Shown here one piece after another: positions 24,808-41,849 of a stretch of 64,000 nucleotides of DNA; the stretch's first letter is position 1; the number at the start of each line of letters is the position of its first letter. A model generated the notes under the pieces. It was not told where the DNA came from, did no database searches, and was given only the letters and a program-made list of their open reading frames with translations. Position numbers and translations under genes: made by a program. The DNA is from the human T2T-CHM13v2.0 reference genome, Homo sapiens: NCBI RefSeq assembly GCF_009914755.1, contig NC_060929.1. The stretch is one strand, 5' to 3'.

Positions 24808-25790
24808 GAAAAAAAATACATTATTAATAAATAGTGTTGACACACATGGCCAACTGTTAATATAAAAGGATTTGAATATCCACATGAAGCTTTTATCACA
24901 ATAAAACCTCAAGATATCAAAGATTTAAACTTTAAAAAGTGAAGCCAGATGAACATGTGAAAAGCAAGGCAAGAAGAAAACCAAAAAAATAAGATCATGG
25001 GCCAAATAAAACACTACATTTGCCATTATTATGAATTAATTAAGTCATTTCTAAAAGTAAAAGACTCAATATAAAAATTTTTTTAAAAACTCAAAATTCA
25101 GTTGTTTGCTATATATTTTTGAAAGACCTAAAACAAAATAATGCGGCCAAGTTAGATCTGAGAAACTTTAATATAGGTCTCTTAGAAAGGCTAATTTCTG
25201 AGACGTAGAAACCAAGAAGTCAAAAAAGAAACAACATACAATGGGTTTGAATAAACAACATAATACTTACAGATAAATTTGCACTCAATATCATACTCAT
25301 GGATAAATTTGTACTCGATAAGCCTATAACCGATTTTCTTTTCAAAGACACATGAACCATACCTAAAATTTGACTATGTGCTAGATTACAAAATAAACAT
25401 CAACAATTTTCAGAATCTTCCTCTTTTCAAACCATGTTGCCTGAATACAAAGCAATAAAATTAGGTGTCTATAACAAAGAAGTTTGTATCAAACTAATTT
25501 TTTTAGTAAAAATATATCCTTATGAGAATGAAAGGAAAATGACTTTAGAGACAGACTTTTGGAAAGAAAAAATAGCAAAACATGTGGGATACAGAAGAGC
25601 TGTTTTTCTACCAAAAAGTACAAAACTAAAAATATACAATTAAGTCTTCTTCTTGGGGAGTTATCTGAAAATAACACATTGAAGTAAATTACTTAGTATT
25701 AAGGCATGTATTTATAAAATGGATAACAATACTGAAATTTGTAAATAACATGCACAAAACAGTCAATCTTGATAAGAAAATGTGTACGCA

Positions 25791-26308
<518 letters not shown>

Positions 26309-27499
26309 TCAGTGCCCTCAGGAGCTATTTCTAATAATTCTTCCACCAACAAAATATACAACTTTTTAAAACATTTTAAAGCATAGAAGAATCCAGAAAT
26401 AATTATAATTACTTTATATAACTATGATAAGCCTAACTTGAAATCTGAATAAGGATTCTTAAAGAATAATAATAGAAACCTCCATTTACACACATTAGTT
26501 GGATAATACACATAATCAAATAGAGACTATCCCATGATAGCTAAGTGTATAGTGCAATAGAAAATATACATCAAGTACATCAAGCAATTGGATGACAACA
26601 TAAATGAGATGATCAACAAATGTTTTAAATGACAGATAGAAATTAAACACACTAACATAACAAAATTAGACTTTAATATTGCATAAGAAGAGAAAAAAGA
26701 AATGGCAGTATTTGCATTCAATATCTAATTTCCCTAAAACAACACAAAAGAAAACTATAAAATTACCTGGAAAATTATTAACACCACCAGGAAATTTCAG
26801 GAAGTTTTTGGAAAACAATGTACAAAAGTATCTGGTTTTCTTGTCTAATAACAAATTGGAAAATGTAACAGAAAATATCTTAAGCATCCTTGGATCAAAA
26901 TAGAAGCAAATGTTACACAGAATTAACATTAACACATACAAGATGATTACAGTTCCTTTACAGAAAATATGTTAATAGTATCTTAAAAAACTGTAATATA
27001 AACACTGAATATAAGATGTTCAAGCATGAAAATATCCAATGATGCAAAATAGCAAATTCTTCCCCTTTTATCTTCAAATTGAATGCAATATCAAAGACCA
27101 ATTATGTTTTTATGAAAGTTGACATGTAAATTCTAAAAAGATTATTTAAGAATATTCTAAAAATGATGAACGAACTGAAGAGATAAGAACTCTAGAAAGT
27201 AAAATTTTAAACAATGAATAAAAGTAGTCCAAAAAATGTGCTTTTGCAGAAACAAACCAAATACAGATAAAACAGAATATAGAGGCTCAAACCAGCATAA
27301 TATTCCTTCACTTTCTCATTAATTTATATTCCAATCTAGCATGCAGGACCTGTCTTCTCATTAATAGCACATTTTCATCACTGGAAAAAAATGAACAACT
27401 TTATCTATTTTTTTTTTTTACATTTTATCCTTAATCTTCACTGTTATTCCCCTAACATCAGTAGATGTCAAACTCAAAAAATGTTACACGTCCTTGAGC

Positions 27500-28320
27500 A
27501 TCTACTTACAACTTTAGTTATGTTGTTTAGCCCGTGCATGTATGTTTAATTTACATGAATATTTTGCCATATACCTTTTTCACTCTGGATTTTTCTCACA
27601 CATCATTACGTGTGTTAGTTCAGTCCACATTGCTATGTATTCATCTAGTTTGGTGCTCACTGTATTCCATAGAGTCTGATATGCCCCTAGTGATAAAAAT
27701 TTAGGTGGTTTCAAAATCCTCATTCATACAAAAAAAATTTCTAATTGTACCAATGTCTAAGTCTTTTTATGTCCTTTGTAATAATTTATCTTGAATGTAT
27801 ACATTGTATATATACCTAGGGTGAGGTTTGTCTTATGCACATCACTACTTTTATTAAGTTCTTCCAAATGGCTTTCCAGATTCATTGACAAATTTACACT
27901 CCCACCAGAGGTGCAGGATGATTTCTGCTTTCCAAAATCCTCATCAGAATTTAGTGTTATTTAAAGTTTGAATTTTCAGCTCATATGGTAAGTGTACAGT
28001 CTCTTTTTAAGAAAATTGCATTTCTCTGATTACTTGTGAGTCAAAGTAGTGTTCATATTATTTATAAATGATGTGATCCCATCCAATTTAAGATCTCCTT
28101 CCCCATCAATGATGTACAGCTTAAAAAGTCTGTTAAACCATGTTAAGCAAGAAACACAGACTACCTCTCATTCCAAGAATATGCAAATGTAAAAATAGTT
28201 CTTCATCATTTATTATTAATCTTTTGTATCTCCATATATGAATTGCCTAATTATATCTGTGCCTATATGACTATTTGTTCTCCTGTATGTGTGTTACTGG
28301 ATTGTAAGTCTATATTTGAT
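27500..28320 (-). mobile_element. Old L1 (L1ME-like) 3' fragment
   Basis: AATTTACACTCCCACCAG and TTGCATTTCTCTGATTACT are L1 3' motifs. Confidence 0.6.
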
Positions 28321-29250
28321 TACCTAAATTGTATATTCATGTTATTATAGTAAAATATAATAAAAATAATAAAACTAAAATTCATAGCTTAAATGTCATA
28401 AGAGTTCATTTTATTCCAGGTGATATTTTAATCACTTTCCATGTACTAACTTAATTAATATTCATAAAAATGCTATGCACATAATAACCCTGAAACAAAT
28501 AACTGATATACAAAATGTTAAGAAATGTGCCAAGGACACAAACCTAGCAAATTGTGAGTCAGTGTTTGAACACCAGCAATCTTCCTTGAGTCTGTGCCCT
28601 TATGCGTTACATGGCAGTTTTTCTGAAGCATTCTACAGATACTGTCAGTATTACATACATTGTGTGAATTTCAAGCATTAATGAATATATTGCATAGACT
28701 TATCCATTGAATAAAATCATTAGATTCAATACATTCAAACGAATATTTTTCTGCTTATGAATTATGCTTTTTATCTTCCTTTTTAATTTCTATTTTTAAT
28801 TGACAAATTTTATTATATATATTTATGGGGTAAAATTTCATGTTTTGATATATGCATACATTGTATAATGATCAAATCAGGTTAATTAGCATATCCACTG
28901 CCTCATGCATTCATTGTTTCTTTGTGGTGAAAATAATGAAAATCTTTTCTTTTACCTGTTTTGTAGTATATGATACCTTACGGCAAACCACATGCCCCAC
29001 TGTGCAATAGAATGTCAGAACATACTCTTCCTGTCTAATTGTAACTTTGTACCCATTGGCCAACCTCTCTCAATCCTCTCGTCCTCCAACTCCTCTCTAG
29101 TCTACGGTAACCATTCTATTCTCTACTTTTAGGAAATCAACTTTTTTTTTTTTAGATTCCTCATATGAGTGAATCACTTAACAAAGTGTCCCTCAGGTTG
29201 GTCCATTGTTTCTCAAATGACATTTTTAAATTTTTGAGGAACTTTCATGA

Positions 29251-29961
29251 TGAAATGGGAGAGTTTCCTGACCCCACTATGGGACTTGCGACAGGGGTGT
29301 AGCTCCCTTGCTCCACTGCTAAACACTCAAACCCCTTATGGGAGGAGGAGCATGCGAGTGGGCAGGTGCAGGAACCAGGGTGAGTGTTTTTGGGCTCTGG
29401 CCCCATGGTAGCAGCTGGGAGTGTGCTACAATGCTCTTTTAGCCCTGCCATTCAGGAATGGCTAAGTGTTAAACCAGCTCAGTGGAAAGCCAAGATGACA
29501 GCATTTTACACTCTGCCCTCTTAGTACCCAGATCCTTGTCCAGCGTCCAGGAAGAATCAGATCACATGGACTTGAAGGATGTTGAATGCGGGGATTTTAT
29601 TGGGTGATGGGGGTGGCTCTAGCGGGATGGATTGGAAGTTGAAAAGGGGGTGGAGTGGGAAGATAATCTTTCCCTGGAGTTCAGCAGTCCCGTGGCCGAT
29701 CTCCTCTCTAACTGTCCCTAGCCAAACTCCTTTCAACGTTCAGATGCTCCTTCTCTTCTCTCCTTCTCTGCCATGCCAGTCTGCTGCTCTGCCGCTCTTC
29801 TGCTCTTCTGTTCTGGAGCTTGAGGTTTGTACGGGTGCAGGATAGAGGGGCGTGGTGGGCCAAAAGGCAACAGCTGGGCACAAAAACAGGAATGGCTGTT
29901 CTCATTTAGGTCCATGGGTCCCTCACTAGGGACCCCACCCTCCTGCCTCCTGTCCATATCA
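29251..29961 (-). mobile_element. Solo ERV1 LTR (LTR27/LTR28/MER52 group)
   Basis: Minus strand TGATATGGACAGGAGGCAGG...CTCTCCCATTTCA. GC-rich island splitting the L1 motif GAGGAACTTTC|ATACTATTTTCCATAG. Confidence 0.75.
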
Positions 29962-30859
29962 ATACTATTTTCCATAGTGTCTGTACTAATTTACATTCCC
30001 ACCACCATTATGTAATATTTCCCTTTCATCACATCCTCACCAACGTTTGTTTTCGTTTTTTTCTTTTTGATAATAGTAATTCTAACTGAAGTGAAGTGGT
30101 ATCTCATTTTGGTTTAGATTTGCATTTGCCTGATGATTGGCGATGTTGAGCATTTTTTATACACCTTTTGGCCATTTGCATGTCTTCTTTTTAAAAATGT
30201 CTATTAAAATATTTTGCATATTTTTCAATCAGGCTATTTTTTTCTTGCTATTGATTTAAGTTCCTTATATATTCTGGATATTAACCCCTTATCAGATGGA
30301 TAGTTTGCAAATACTTTCTCCCATTCTGTGGGTTGTCTCTTCAATCTATTAATTGTTCTCTTTGCTGAGCAGAAGTTTTTACTTTGATATAATCCCCTTT
30401 GTATGTTTTTGTTTTTGTTGCTTGTGCTTTTGAGTTCCTGTCTAAAAAATTCTGTCCAGTTCAATGCCATGAAGCTTTTGCCCTATGCTTCTTGTAATAG
30501 TTTCAGAATTTCAGGTTTTATGTTTAAGTCTCTAATCCACTTTGAGTTTATTTTTGTGTATGGTGAGAGCTAGGGGGTCTAGTCTCATTTTTCTGCATGT
30601 ATATATTTTCTTCCAATGTGTGCTCTTGGTACTTTTGTCAAAAATCAGTTGACTATAGGTGCATGGGTTTACTTCTGGGCTCTCTATTCTGTCCCATTCT
30701 TCTATGTGTCTGTTTTTACGGCAGTACCATGCTGCTTACTAGAGCTTTGTAATATATTTTGAAGTCAGGTGGTGTGAAGACTCTAGCTTTGTTGTTTTGT
30801 TTAATATTGTTTTGAGAATTCAGGATCTTTTGTGGTTCCACATAAACTTTAAGATTTGC

Positions 30860-30883
30860 GTGTGTGTGTGTGTGTGTGTGTGT
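30860..30883. repeat. (TG)n microsatellite
   Basis: Direct observation. Confidence 0.9.
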
Positions 30884-32277
30884 AGAATGCAAATGGTACT
30901 TGGATAGAAATTGCATTAAATCTATAAATCACTTTGAGTAGTATGTCCATTTAACAGTATTAATTATTCCAATTAGTGTTCTGAGATATCATTTCATTTC
31001 TTTATGTCAAATACAATGTTTTAATCAACGTTTTATAGTTTTCAGTGTAGAGATCTTTCATTGTCTTGATTGAGTTTATTCATAGGTATCTTATTTTTTG
31101 CAGCTATTGTAAATAGAATTGTTTTCTTCGTGTCTTTTTCAGATACTTCACTATTAGTATATAGAAATGCTACTAAATTTGGAATGTAGATTTTGTATCC
31201 TAAAGCTTTGCTGAATTTTTAAATTAGTTCTAAAAGTTTTTTGTTGGACTATTTAGAGCTTTTATTACATAAGATCATATCATCCTCGAACAAGAAAGTT
31301 TGACTTCCTCCTTTCCAATTTGGATGCCTTTTATTTTTTTCCCTTGCCTAATTGCTCTGCCTAGGACTTCCAGTACTATGCTGAATAAGAATGGTGAAAG
31401 TGGGCATCCCTGTCTTGTTCTAGATCTTAGAAAAAAAGCTTTTGGCTTTACCCCATTTAGTATGATGTTAGCTGTGGGCTTGTCTTATGTTACCTTAATT
31501 GTTTTGACATCCATAAATTCTATGCCTAATTTGTTGGATTTTATCAACATATCTATGTTGAAACATTGATGCATCCTAGGAAGAATCCCAATTAATCATA
31601 GTAAATAATATTTTTAATGTGCTGTTGAATACAGTTTGTTATTGTTTTTTAAAAAGATTTTTGCATCTATATTCACCAGGGATATTGGCTTGTAGTTTTC
31701 TAAGTTGTGTTCTCTGATTTTGGTGTCATGGTAATGTTAGTCTCTTAAAGCAAATATAGAAACATTTCCTTCTCTTCAATTTTCTGATACAGTTTGTAAC
31801 AATTTGTTATTAGTTCTTTAAATGTCTAGAAGAATTTAACAGTGAAGCTGACAGGTCCTAGCTTTTTCTCTTATGAGAAACTTTATATTACCGATTCAAT
31901 TTGCTCACTCCTTATTGGCCTGTTCAGACTTTCTGTTTTTCATAATTTAGTCTTGGGAGGTTGTATATGTCCAGAAATGTCTCCATTCCTTCTGTTATCA
32001 AATATGTTAGTATACAAATGTTCATAATAGTCTGATTATCTTTGTGTTTCAGTGTTATTAGTTGTAATGTCACTTTTTTCATCTTCGATTTTGTCTCTTT
32101 TTTTTTTTTTTTTTGCCTAGCTAAAGGTTTATTAATTTTCTTTACCATTTCAAAAACCAATTCTTCATTTTGTTGATCTATTGAATTTTTCCTAGCTTTT
32201 ATATTATTTATTTCTGCTCTGAGCTTGATTATTCCTATCTTTCTACCAATTTGGGGTTTATTTTGTTGTGTTTCTAG

Positions 32278-32617
<340 letters not shown>

Positions 32618-33725
32618 AGGTTTTTTATTAGAACTCTCTTTTTCTGATGCAGACATTTATTGCTGTAAACGTCCTTCTTAGGACTCTGCTTTTGCTGTGT
32701 CCCATAATTCCTGTTAGAATGCATTGCCATTTTCATTTTTCTCAATAAGCTGTTTATTTTAAATTTCCCTAATAAATTTTTATTGACCCATTCATTATTT
32801 AGGAATGTGTTGTCTGTGAAATTTTTTGTCATTGTTGTTGATTTTCTGTTTTATATCATTATGGTCAGAAAATACATGTGATATAATCTTTAACTTCTTA
32901 AATTTGATAAGACTTGTTTTGTGGCCTAATGTGTAATCTATCCTGGAGAATGTTTTATGTGCAGTGGAGAAAAATGTGTACTCTGCAGCTGTTGAATAGA
33001 ATGTTCTGTAAATATCTGTTAGGTCCATTTGGTTTACAGTGCAGTTTAAGTTGAATGTTTCTTTGCTGATTTTCTGTCTGGATGATCTGTTCATTGTTGA
33101 AAGTGAGCCGTTAGCATTCCTTACTATTACTATATCACAATATTTCACTCCTTTTAGATCTAATACTATTTGCTTTATATATTTGTGAGCTCCAGTGTTG
33201 GGTATGTATATATTTATAATTATCATATCCTTTTGTTGAGTAGATCACTTTATTACCATATAATGACCTTCTATGTCCATTTTTACAGATTTTCACTTTA
33301 ATGTTTATTTTATCTGAGTATGGCTACTACCCCTTACTTTTGGCTTCCATTTACATAGAATATCTTTTTCCATCCCTTCATTTTCACTCTACTTTGTCTT
33401 TAACCTGAGGTGAGTCTCTTGTAGGCAGCATATAGTTAGTCTTATTTTTATTTTTAATCTATGCAGCCAATCTTTTAATTGGAGAATATAATCTTTTTAT
33501 ATTCAAGATTATTATTGATATGTAAGACTTACCTAGGTCATTTTGTTAATTGTTTTCTGGTTGTTTTATAGATACTTTGTTTCTTTCTTTTTCTCTTAGT
33601 GATTTGGTAGCTTTCTGTAGTTACAAGCTTTGTTTCCTATCTCTTTCTTGTTTGTGTATCTGCTTTAATTTCTTTCTTTGGGTTATCATGGAGCTAACAT
33701 AAAGAGTCTTATATTTATAATGGAC

Positions 33726-34332
<607 letters not shown>

Positions 34333-36539
34333 TGATAATAGATTACTTTAAGCTGATAACTCATGACTTTCGTCACAGAAAAATACTCTGAACTGTTTTC
34401 CTGTCCCCTTCAATTTATATTTTTGTTGCCTTAATTTACATCTTTATCTATTGTGTTTTCCTTAACCAGAATTCGTAGCTCCTGTTTTAAACTATTTTGA
34501 ATTTAGAACCCTCATACTAGAGGATTAAGAAATGGATACAACACCATTATGTCCCTAGGGTATTCTGAGTTTGGTTACAAATGTGTCCTTACAGGTGGTT
34601 TTTATATTTTCACGTGTTTTTATAACATTAATTATTTCCCTTTCATTTCCAATTTTAGCACCCCTCAAGATTTTTTTTTCAGGCCAGTCTTATGGTGATC
34701 AATTCCCTCAGATTTTTGCTTGACTTGGAAAATCTTTATTTTTCTTTTTTTCTAAAGGATAGATCGATTTGGTGGAACAGTATTATTGGCTTTTTTTTTC
34801 CTCTTTCAGAACTTTTAACATATAATCCCATTCTCTTCTAGCATCAAGGTTTTTGCTGAGAAATCTGCGAAAAGTCTAATGGGGAACTCTTTGTATGTGA
34901 CTTGATAATTTTCTTTTGCAACATTTAAAATTATCTCTTTATGTTTGACTTTTGACAGTTTGATCATAATGTGCCTTGGAGAGGATTTCTTTGGGTTTAA
35001 CCTAATGGAGGACTTTGAGTTTCCTGAATCTGAATGTTAATATTTCTTTCAGGACGTATGGAGGTATTATTTCATTAAATATGCTTTCTGTGCCTTCATT
35101 CAACTCTTCTCCCTTAGTCATTTATATAATTTGCATATTTGTTCACTTAATGGTGTCCCATCAGTTCCACATATTTTCTTTATTTTTTGTTTATTCTCAT
35201 TTCTTTTTTCCTCTGACTGGATAATTTCAAAAGGCCTGTATTTAAGTTGAAAATTTTTTTCTTCTGCTTAATCTAGTGTGTTGTCAAAGTTCTCCCCTTT
35301 AGTTTTTATTTCATTTATTGAATTATTTAGCCCCACGATTTTTTAGTTTGGCTCTTTTTTACATCTCTCTCTTTGTTAACTTTTATTCAAATCATGAATT
35401 ATAACTGATTTTATTGAATCATTTGTTTATATTCTATTGTATCTCTCACTTTCCTTAAGATTATTATTTTCAATTTTTTCAGTTATATTGCAAATTTTCT
35501 TTTCATTGTGGTCTATAACTATGGAATTATTGTGTTTCTTTGTTGTTGCTGCTGTTGTTTTTGCTTTTTCATATTTCCCTCTTGTATCCCTATGTGTTGT
35601 CATCTGTCCATCTAGTGAAAAGTCTTCTTTTCCAATTTCATGAAGTAACTTTTGTAGAGAAACTGTTTTTTTTTCTGTAGATGGGTCCTGGTGTGTCAGT
35701 TGGGTATGGAGCATTGGCTATGGTTCTAGGTAGACTCAGTAGCATAGTTTCTGGTCAGTTTCTTCAGCTATAATCCTTGTCAGTGAAGTCTGTAGTTTTG
35801 TCAGACTGGTTATTTGTGCATTGGTTTCCTCTTTGTGAGTTCTGCCTTTTCCCTGGGGTTTGGGGTACCATGTGGGTTTGAGTGTTGGCAGGGGAATTCT
35901 TTAGTTATTCTGCTGCTCCTAATCACCAAGCAGCTGGATTTGTTATAGTGCAGCCAACTATGTGAGCATAACGGAATGACAGCCACACTTCCAGTGTATA
36001 AAGATGCAGTGGCTTCTGGCCCCCAGGTAAGGATGTACTCTAGTGGTGGGTCTGGTTTCAACATGGTGCCATGCTATATAGCAGCTAAGGGGTGGGAGGG
36101 TGCACAAAATAGGCTTCTACTCTGAGAAAATGCAGCCTCGTGAATTCCAGGCAACTTTACAAACTAGGTTTGGTGCCTATGAGGACTGCAAGACTCTCTT
36201 CTAGCAAGGACTGCAGATGTCTATGGTAGTAATGGGGACATCGGGAGGACTCCAGCTTATCTTTGTCCCAGAAGAAGTCCCTCTTTAATCTAAGCCAACC
36301 CCAGAAGAGAAGGTTCTATAGCAGAAATAGGGTATTTTGTTACCCTCTCTATGGTGCTATCGTGAGTTTTAATGCTCCACAGAGATGTTGCCACTACCTT
36401 GGTGCTCTCCAGCACACTGCCTCAATCACGGCAGTAGAAATATAATGTTTTTATTGTTTTAATCCCTTTATTTGGTGGGGGAGGGAATGTGTATCAGTCA
36501 ATTCTAGTCAAACATTTTTCTGACATCGCTCCTGTACTT

Positions 36540-37720
36540 TTAATCTTTCTAAAGAGCTATTTGCCTGCCTCAAGATTACAGTTACTTATGTTTATAATTT
36601 GACATTTTCTGTAAATTGCTTCATAAACTTAATTTATTTTTACACACTTTCTGACAAAATTTTGGCTTTTATCCATTGTGTGTGGTGAGCCATTTTGTCT
36701 TAGACTAATTACTAAATATTCTAGCCAATCCCCCATTTACTTCAGGTGTCTCCATTGTCATATCTCTCTCTGTACATTTGTTTCTAAGCTTTCCAGTGTG
36801 GTCTATTGGTTCTTTCTTTTCCCGTTGTTTTTGTTGCTGTTGTTTGGTAGAATTATTTTTAAAAACGATTTGCCTCTGTAGTATATTCTTACATCTGCTT
36901 AGATGATTTCTATTTTGCTGTTGAGAAGTTAATTAGTGATGGGCTTTTATTCTTTTAAAATTATAAATGTGAAGGGTTCCACAAAATGTATACTTGAATT
37001 TTTTTCTTTGAATTTAAACACATTTTTTGTTACTGAACTGGTAGAGGGATTAGCAGTTTTACAATATGAAGATATATAATCTATGAATTATTTATCTCTG
37101 CCTTTTGTTTAATTTATATGTTTACATTGCTGATTAGCATAATTTTTTCTTACTAATTATCTTGTGACTTCTTTAAGTATTAACCTTTACATAATTTAAA
37201 TTTTATTTGCAACAGTATTACTGTTTTCATTTTTTAGTAAGTACTGTTCTATATAAAAATTAATAAATTATGAGTCAATACTATATTTGGGAGTCATATA
37301 AACTCTCATCATTTTGTAGTTTCAGACTCTATTGGATTTGAAAAACTATAATCAATATAATCTGCAAATAATAAAAATTTTGATTATCTTCTCATTCTAA
37401 CAGACATTACTTTTTTTTGTCTTCTTACACTTTTTCTTGTTTTAAAACAGTAGTAGGCTTCAATTTGAACATGGCAGTAATGGGAGACATGCTTTATAAA
37501 TTCCTTTTCTAATTGTAAATTAAATGTATTTTATTTCACAAATTTTTATGATTGTTTTAAGTGTGGTATAGGCTTTAAAAAGTTAAAATGTTACTTTTTC
37601 TATTATTATTAATTATAATTTTTTAAAATCACACATATAAATTAAAATTTATCAATATATTATTCCGAATCCATCGACATTATTTTCACCTTAACATTTC
37701 ATTAATGTTACAAAATACTT
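36540..37720 (-). mobile_element. Old L1 ORF2 remnant
   Basis: T-rich with decayed L1 motifs such as ATATAATCTGCAAATAATAA. Possibly a continuation of the 27500-28320 element. Confidence 0.45.
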
Positions 37721-38776
37721 AAGAGATTACAAATGATACAGTGGCAATGGAACAGTCCAAGATTCAAAACACCATTTAAATAAATAGAAATATTTATCCC
37801 TATCTATTAGCTTCCTCTGATTAGTCCCTAAACACACACACTATATCCTGGAATGTTATGCTTTTTTACACGCTTTCTACTTTTATAGAATCTTCACACA
37901 GATTTTATGTCAGTTTTTCACATTCAAATTTACATATTCCTCGCAATTCTATAGCATCGCCGTTTTTAGGACAAATCCACCATCTCACATTAGTCATCCT
38001 TTTCCCCCCATATGGAAATTTATTATATTATAAATTTTAAATTTAAAATCCATGGGATATTAGCTATTTGATAATTACTGTTGATATAATTGACCCAATA
38101 TATGGAAATTAAAATTAGATTTTTATTTTACATTAACAAAATTTAATAGAAATTCAAAAGCTAATCATAAATAGCAAAACTCAATAAGTATTGGAAAATA
38201 CTAGTACTGTGTGTTGTTATAAATGAGAAAAAGCTTTTATAAATAATGTCCAAAGATTAATTATATTAATATTAAATATAACAAAACACAGGATTTAACA
38301 TACAATGATTTTAAAATAGATATTGGAATAAATCATTTGCAATATATTTAAAAATGAAAAAGTTTTTTTAATACTCAATGATTTACTTTAACTCAATGTT
38401 AAAGTTATATTAAATACCTAGGCCAAAAAGAAAAATATATCATTAATTATATATTAGTAAATATAGTAACAGAATTAGACCACCCAAGAATGACAGATTA
38501 TGGAGCTATTAGATGGACTTTTGAATAAAGACTTTCAATTAATTTAAAAATAAAGAAATGAAGTAAACATATAGTAGATCCAAACATTTAAGAATCCAAG
38601 ATAGATGAGATCATTTTAAAATTCTTTAGATGGGATCTCTAAGAGTGTACTCAGTGTGAAACTTAGAAACTTATTGAATTTAATCAGTAGACTCAATGCA
38701 GCCCACAAAGAGACCTGAAGCTTTGCCACATTTTACAATACAGACAGAAGGAAAAACATAAAAGGTAGTATAATGA

Positions 38777-39151
<375 letters not shown>

Positions 39152-39232
39152 TAACTGCGATTCAAAGCACAGTTCATTACTTTAGTAAAGAGAATCCACC
39201 AAACCCCAACCTTAAAACAGAGTTATTGATGA

Positions 39233-39629
<397 letters not shown>

Positions 39630-40124
39630 TAATGAAAACTAGAAAACGAATTTAACATAATCAAAGCTGTATTTCAGGAGAAAGAGTATTCTATCAGATG
39701 GACTGAAGCAGGAAGAACCTAAAGACAGGGAGACCATTTAAGCATATCTTCTCTATGTCCTTTTAACTTTAAATTTAACAGATATTAAAACTTTCCGGGA
39801 AAATTACTTTCATAATCCATAACCATTCACGCGGTGCAGTTCTTAGAATATGCTTCATGACAGTGTTTTTCTTCAGCATATTTATTATTTTTGTAGCCTA
39901 GAAACTTCTTCATATATCTTCTTAAAATGGCAATCACCACCACCACAGAAATTCTGTGCATATCTTATTAATATTGCAATAACCATTAAGACTATGCAAC
40001 ATATATCTGAGTAATATGGCAATAACCATTAGCTTACTTTAATGCTAATAAAATATATAAACATGTCACTGTAATATATATTGCTAAGTTCATGTGCATT
40101 CATTGGTTGATGACTTTAATAGTA

Positions 40125-40375
40125 TAATGGAAAGGGAGATAAGTCATAGAGTGAAAAGTCATGGCCTTTGGAGTCAGACAAGCCTGCACTTTATTCCTGA
40201 CTCTACTGTTTTCTAATTGAGAGCCTGAGTAAGTAATTTATCTTCGCTTGGATTTAGTTTTCATCTTCTTACAAATATGGATGGTGTTCCCAACCACACA
40301 GTATTGGGGGGATTAAATAAGATGACTTATATGAAATTCTGAACCCAGTTATAGGCATATTATGGACCTCAAGTA
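40125..40375 (+). mobile_element. MIR
   Basis: GCCTTTGGAGTCAGACAAGCCTG...GGATTAAATAAGATGA core. Confidence 0.7.
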
Positions 40376-41439
40376 TTATGAATTTCCTTCAAGTTCCCCT
40401 TAACACTACATAATACAGTGACAGGGAAAAGAAAGTATAATAGAAATGGCTCTGCTCATGTGTATGGGTTGGGGTAGGAGAGTTCTACAGGTTGAATAAT
40501 GACAAATATTAAAATGAGAACTGAAAAGATTAATTATTCATGCCCAATATATTCAAATAATTGAAAGCATACCAATGATTGACTAATGGTTTTAGTAGTT
40601 ATTGTAAGTCTTCACTAATATGACAGGTTAAATGAAAACCTTAAAAATAAAATCTGTGAAAATATTGAGAGAAGTTAGAATTATTCATGCCTATATTACT
40701 CATATGGTAATGTGTAATCAATAAAGTATATATTCAGCCATGTATAACACTACTTTTTATAATAAATACAGTATTTATATTTAGAATTGCCTTTGTTTAA
40801 ATTCTATAGGAATTATAAGGGCATATATACTGTAATACTTTTACAAGAGGATGTTTTGAGTTTCTAAGATGTTTTGAGTTTTTAGGTCAACTTAGGATTC
40901 TTCATGTGCTGCAGATAAGAAATTGGTTGGAGTCAGTATGTGTGTATGCGTGTGTGTGCACAAGTATACATGTGTGTGTTTCCATTCAAAAGATAAGAAG
41001 AATCCAGTTGGAAGACAAAAATACCACTGCAATTAACAAGATAATTAACAAGATAGTAACATGGAGTAAAGGCAATGGAAATAATAGTAATAGCCAAAAC
41101 TGCTGATTTGTGCTCTAACGAAGGGCTACAAGATAAGGGAATCAATGGGAACTGAAGTCCAGTACCCTGTGTTCCTCAAGTCAATCCCCAAGTAACTATG
41201 GCAGTTGAAGCAAGTGTAAACTCAGACACGGCATTTAGGTGTCAGCAAGCTCTCTGATACTCTCATTAACTACATGCCAGACATTATTGTAAGTGAGCTA
41301 CATTGTTTCATGAGGTAGATCCATGTGATAATGTGTTATGTTAATTTGAGTCGACTGACAAGAGGACGACAAGAAGGGATATGACATGCAAAAGACTCAT
41401 TGGTGGAGGGGTGCAGAAAAAAGTGTAGGATTGCCCGGG

Positions 41440-41835
41440 AGGTGACCAAGACAGCTTAAAGTTCCCCTCAGCTTGATTAAAATTTAGACAGGCTTCTTTC
41501 TGCTTCTAGGCCTCTGGCCTCCAGCCCTGACAGAATCCAGATGGCCTAACCACAGAGGTCTCTCCTTTCCCTTTTCTAGGAGCATTTACTTTAGAAAATG
41601 CATCATTGTAATTTCTTTCTCTGCCCCTTTGAGACATATAACATTTTAATAGCTTTTTGCTAGCTTTACAACCCAGGATTGTCTTTCTCAAGATTTTTGG
41701 GGTCTTGCTTTTGAAATGTAATCATGAAAAAAGATGGCAGCCCTATGTCCTAATGTCCGTGAAGCTTACTTAATTTTCATTGCTGCCTTGCTCCAAGTTG
41801 TAAAATAAAATAGGATGAATTTTACTTTTCCTTTG
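41440..41835 (+). mobile_element. ERV1 (MER4-group) LTR remnant
   Basis: AAAGTTCCCCTCAGCTTGATTAAAATTTAGACAGGCTTC and GCATTTACTTTAGAAAA motifs. Subfamily uncertain. Confidence 0.55.
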
Positions 41836-41849
41836 GTAAGGAGGTAACC

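Noticed and set aside
32795-33226. Endonuclease-like ORF as a cellular gene
   Set aside because: A fragment of L1 ORF2 within a decayed L1.
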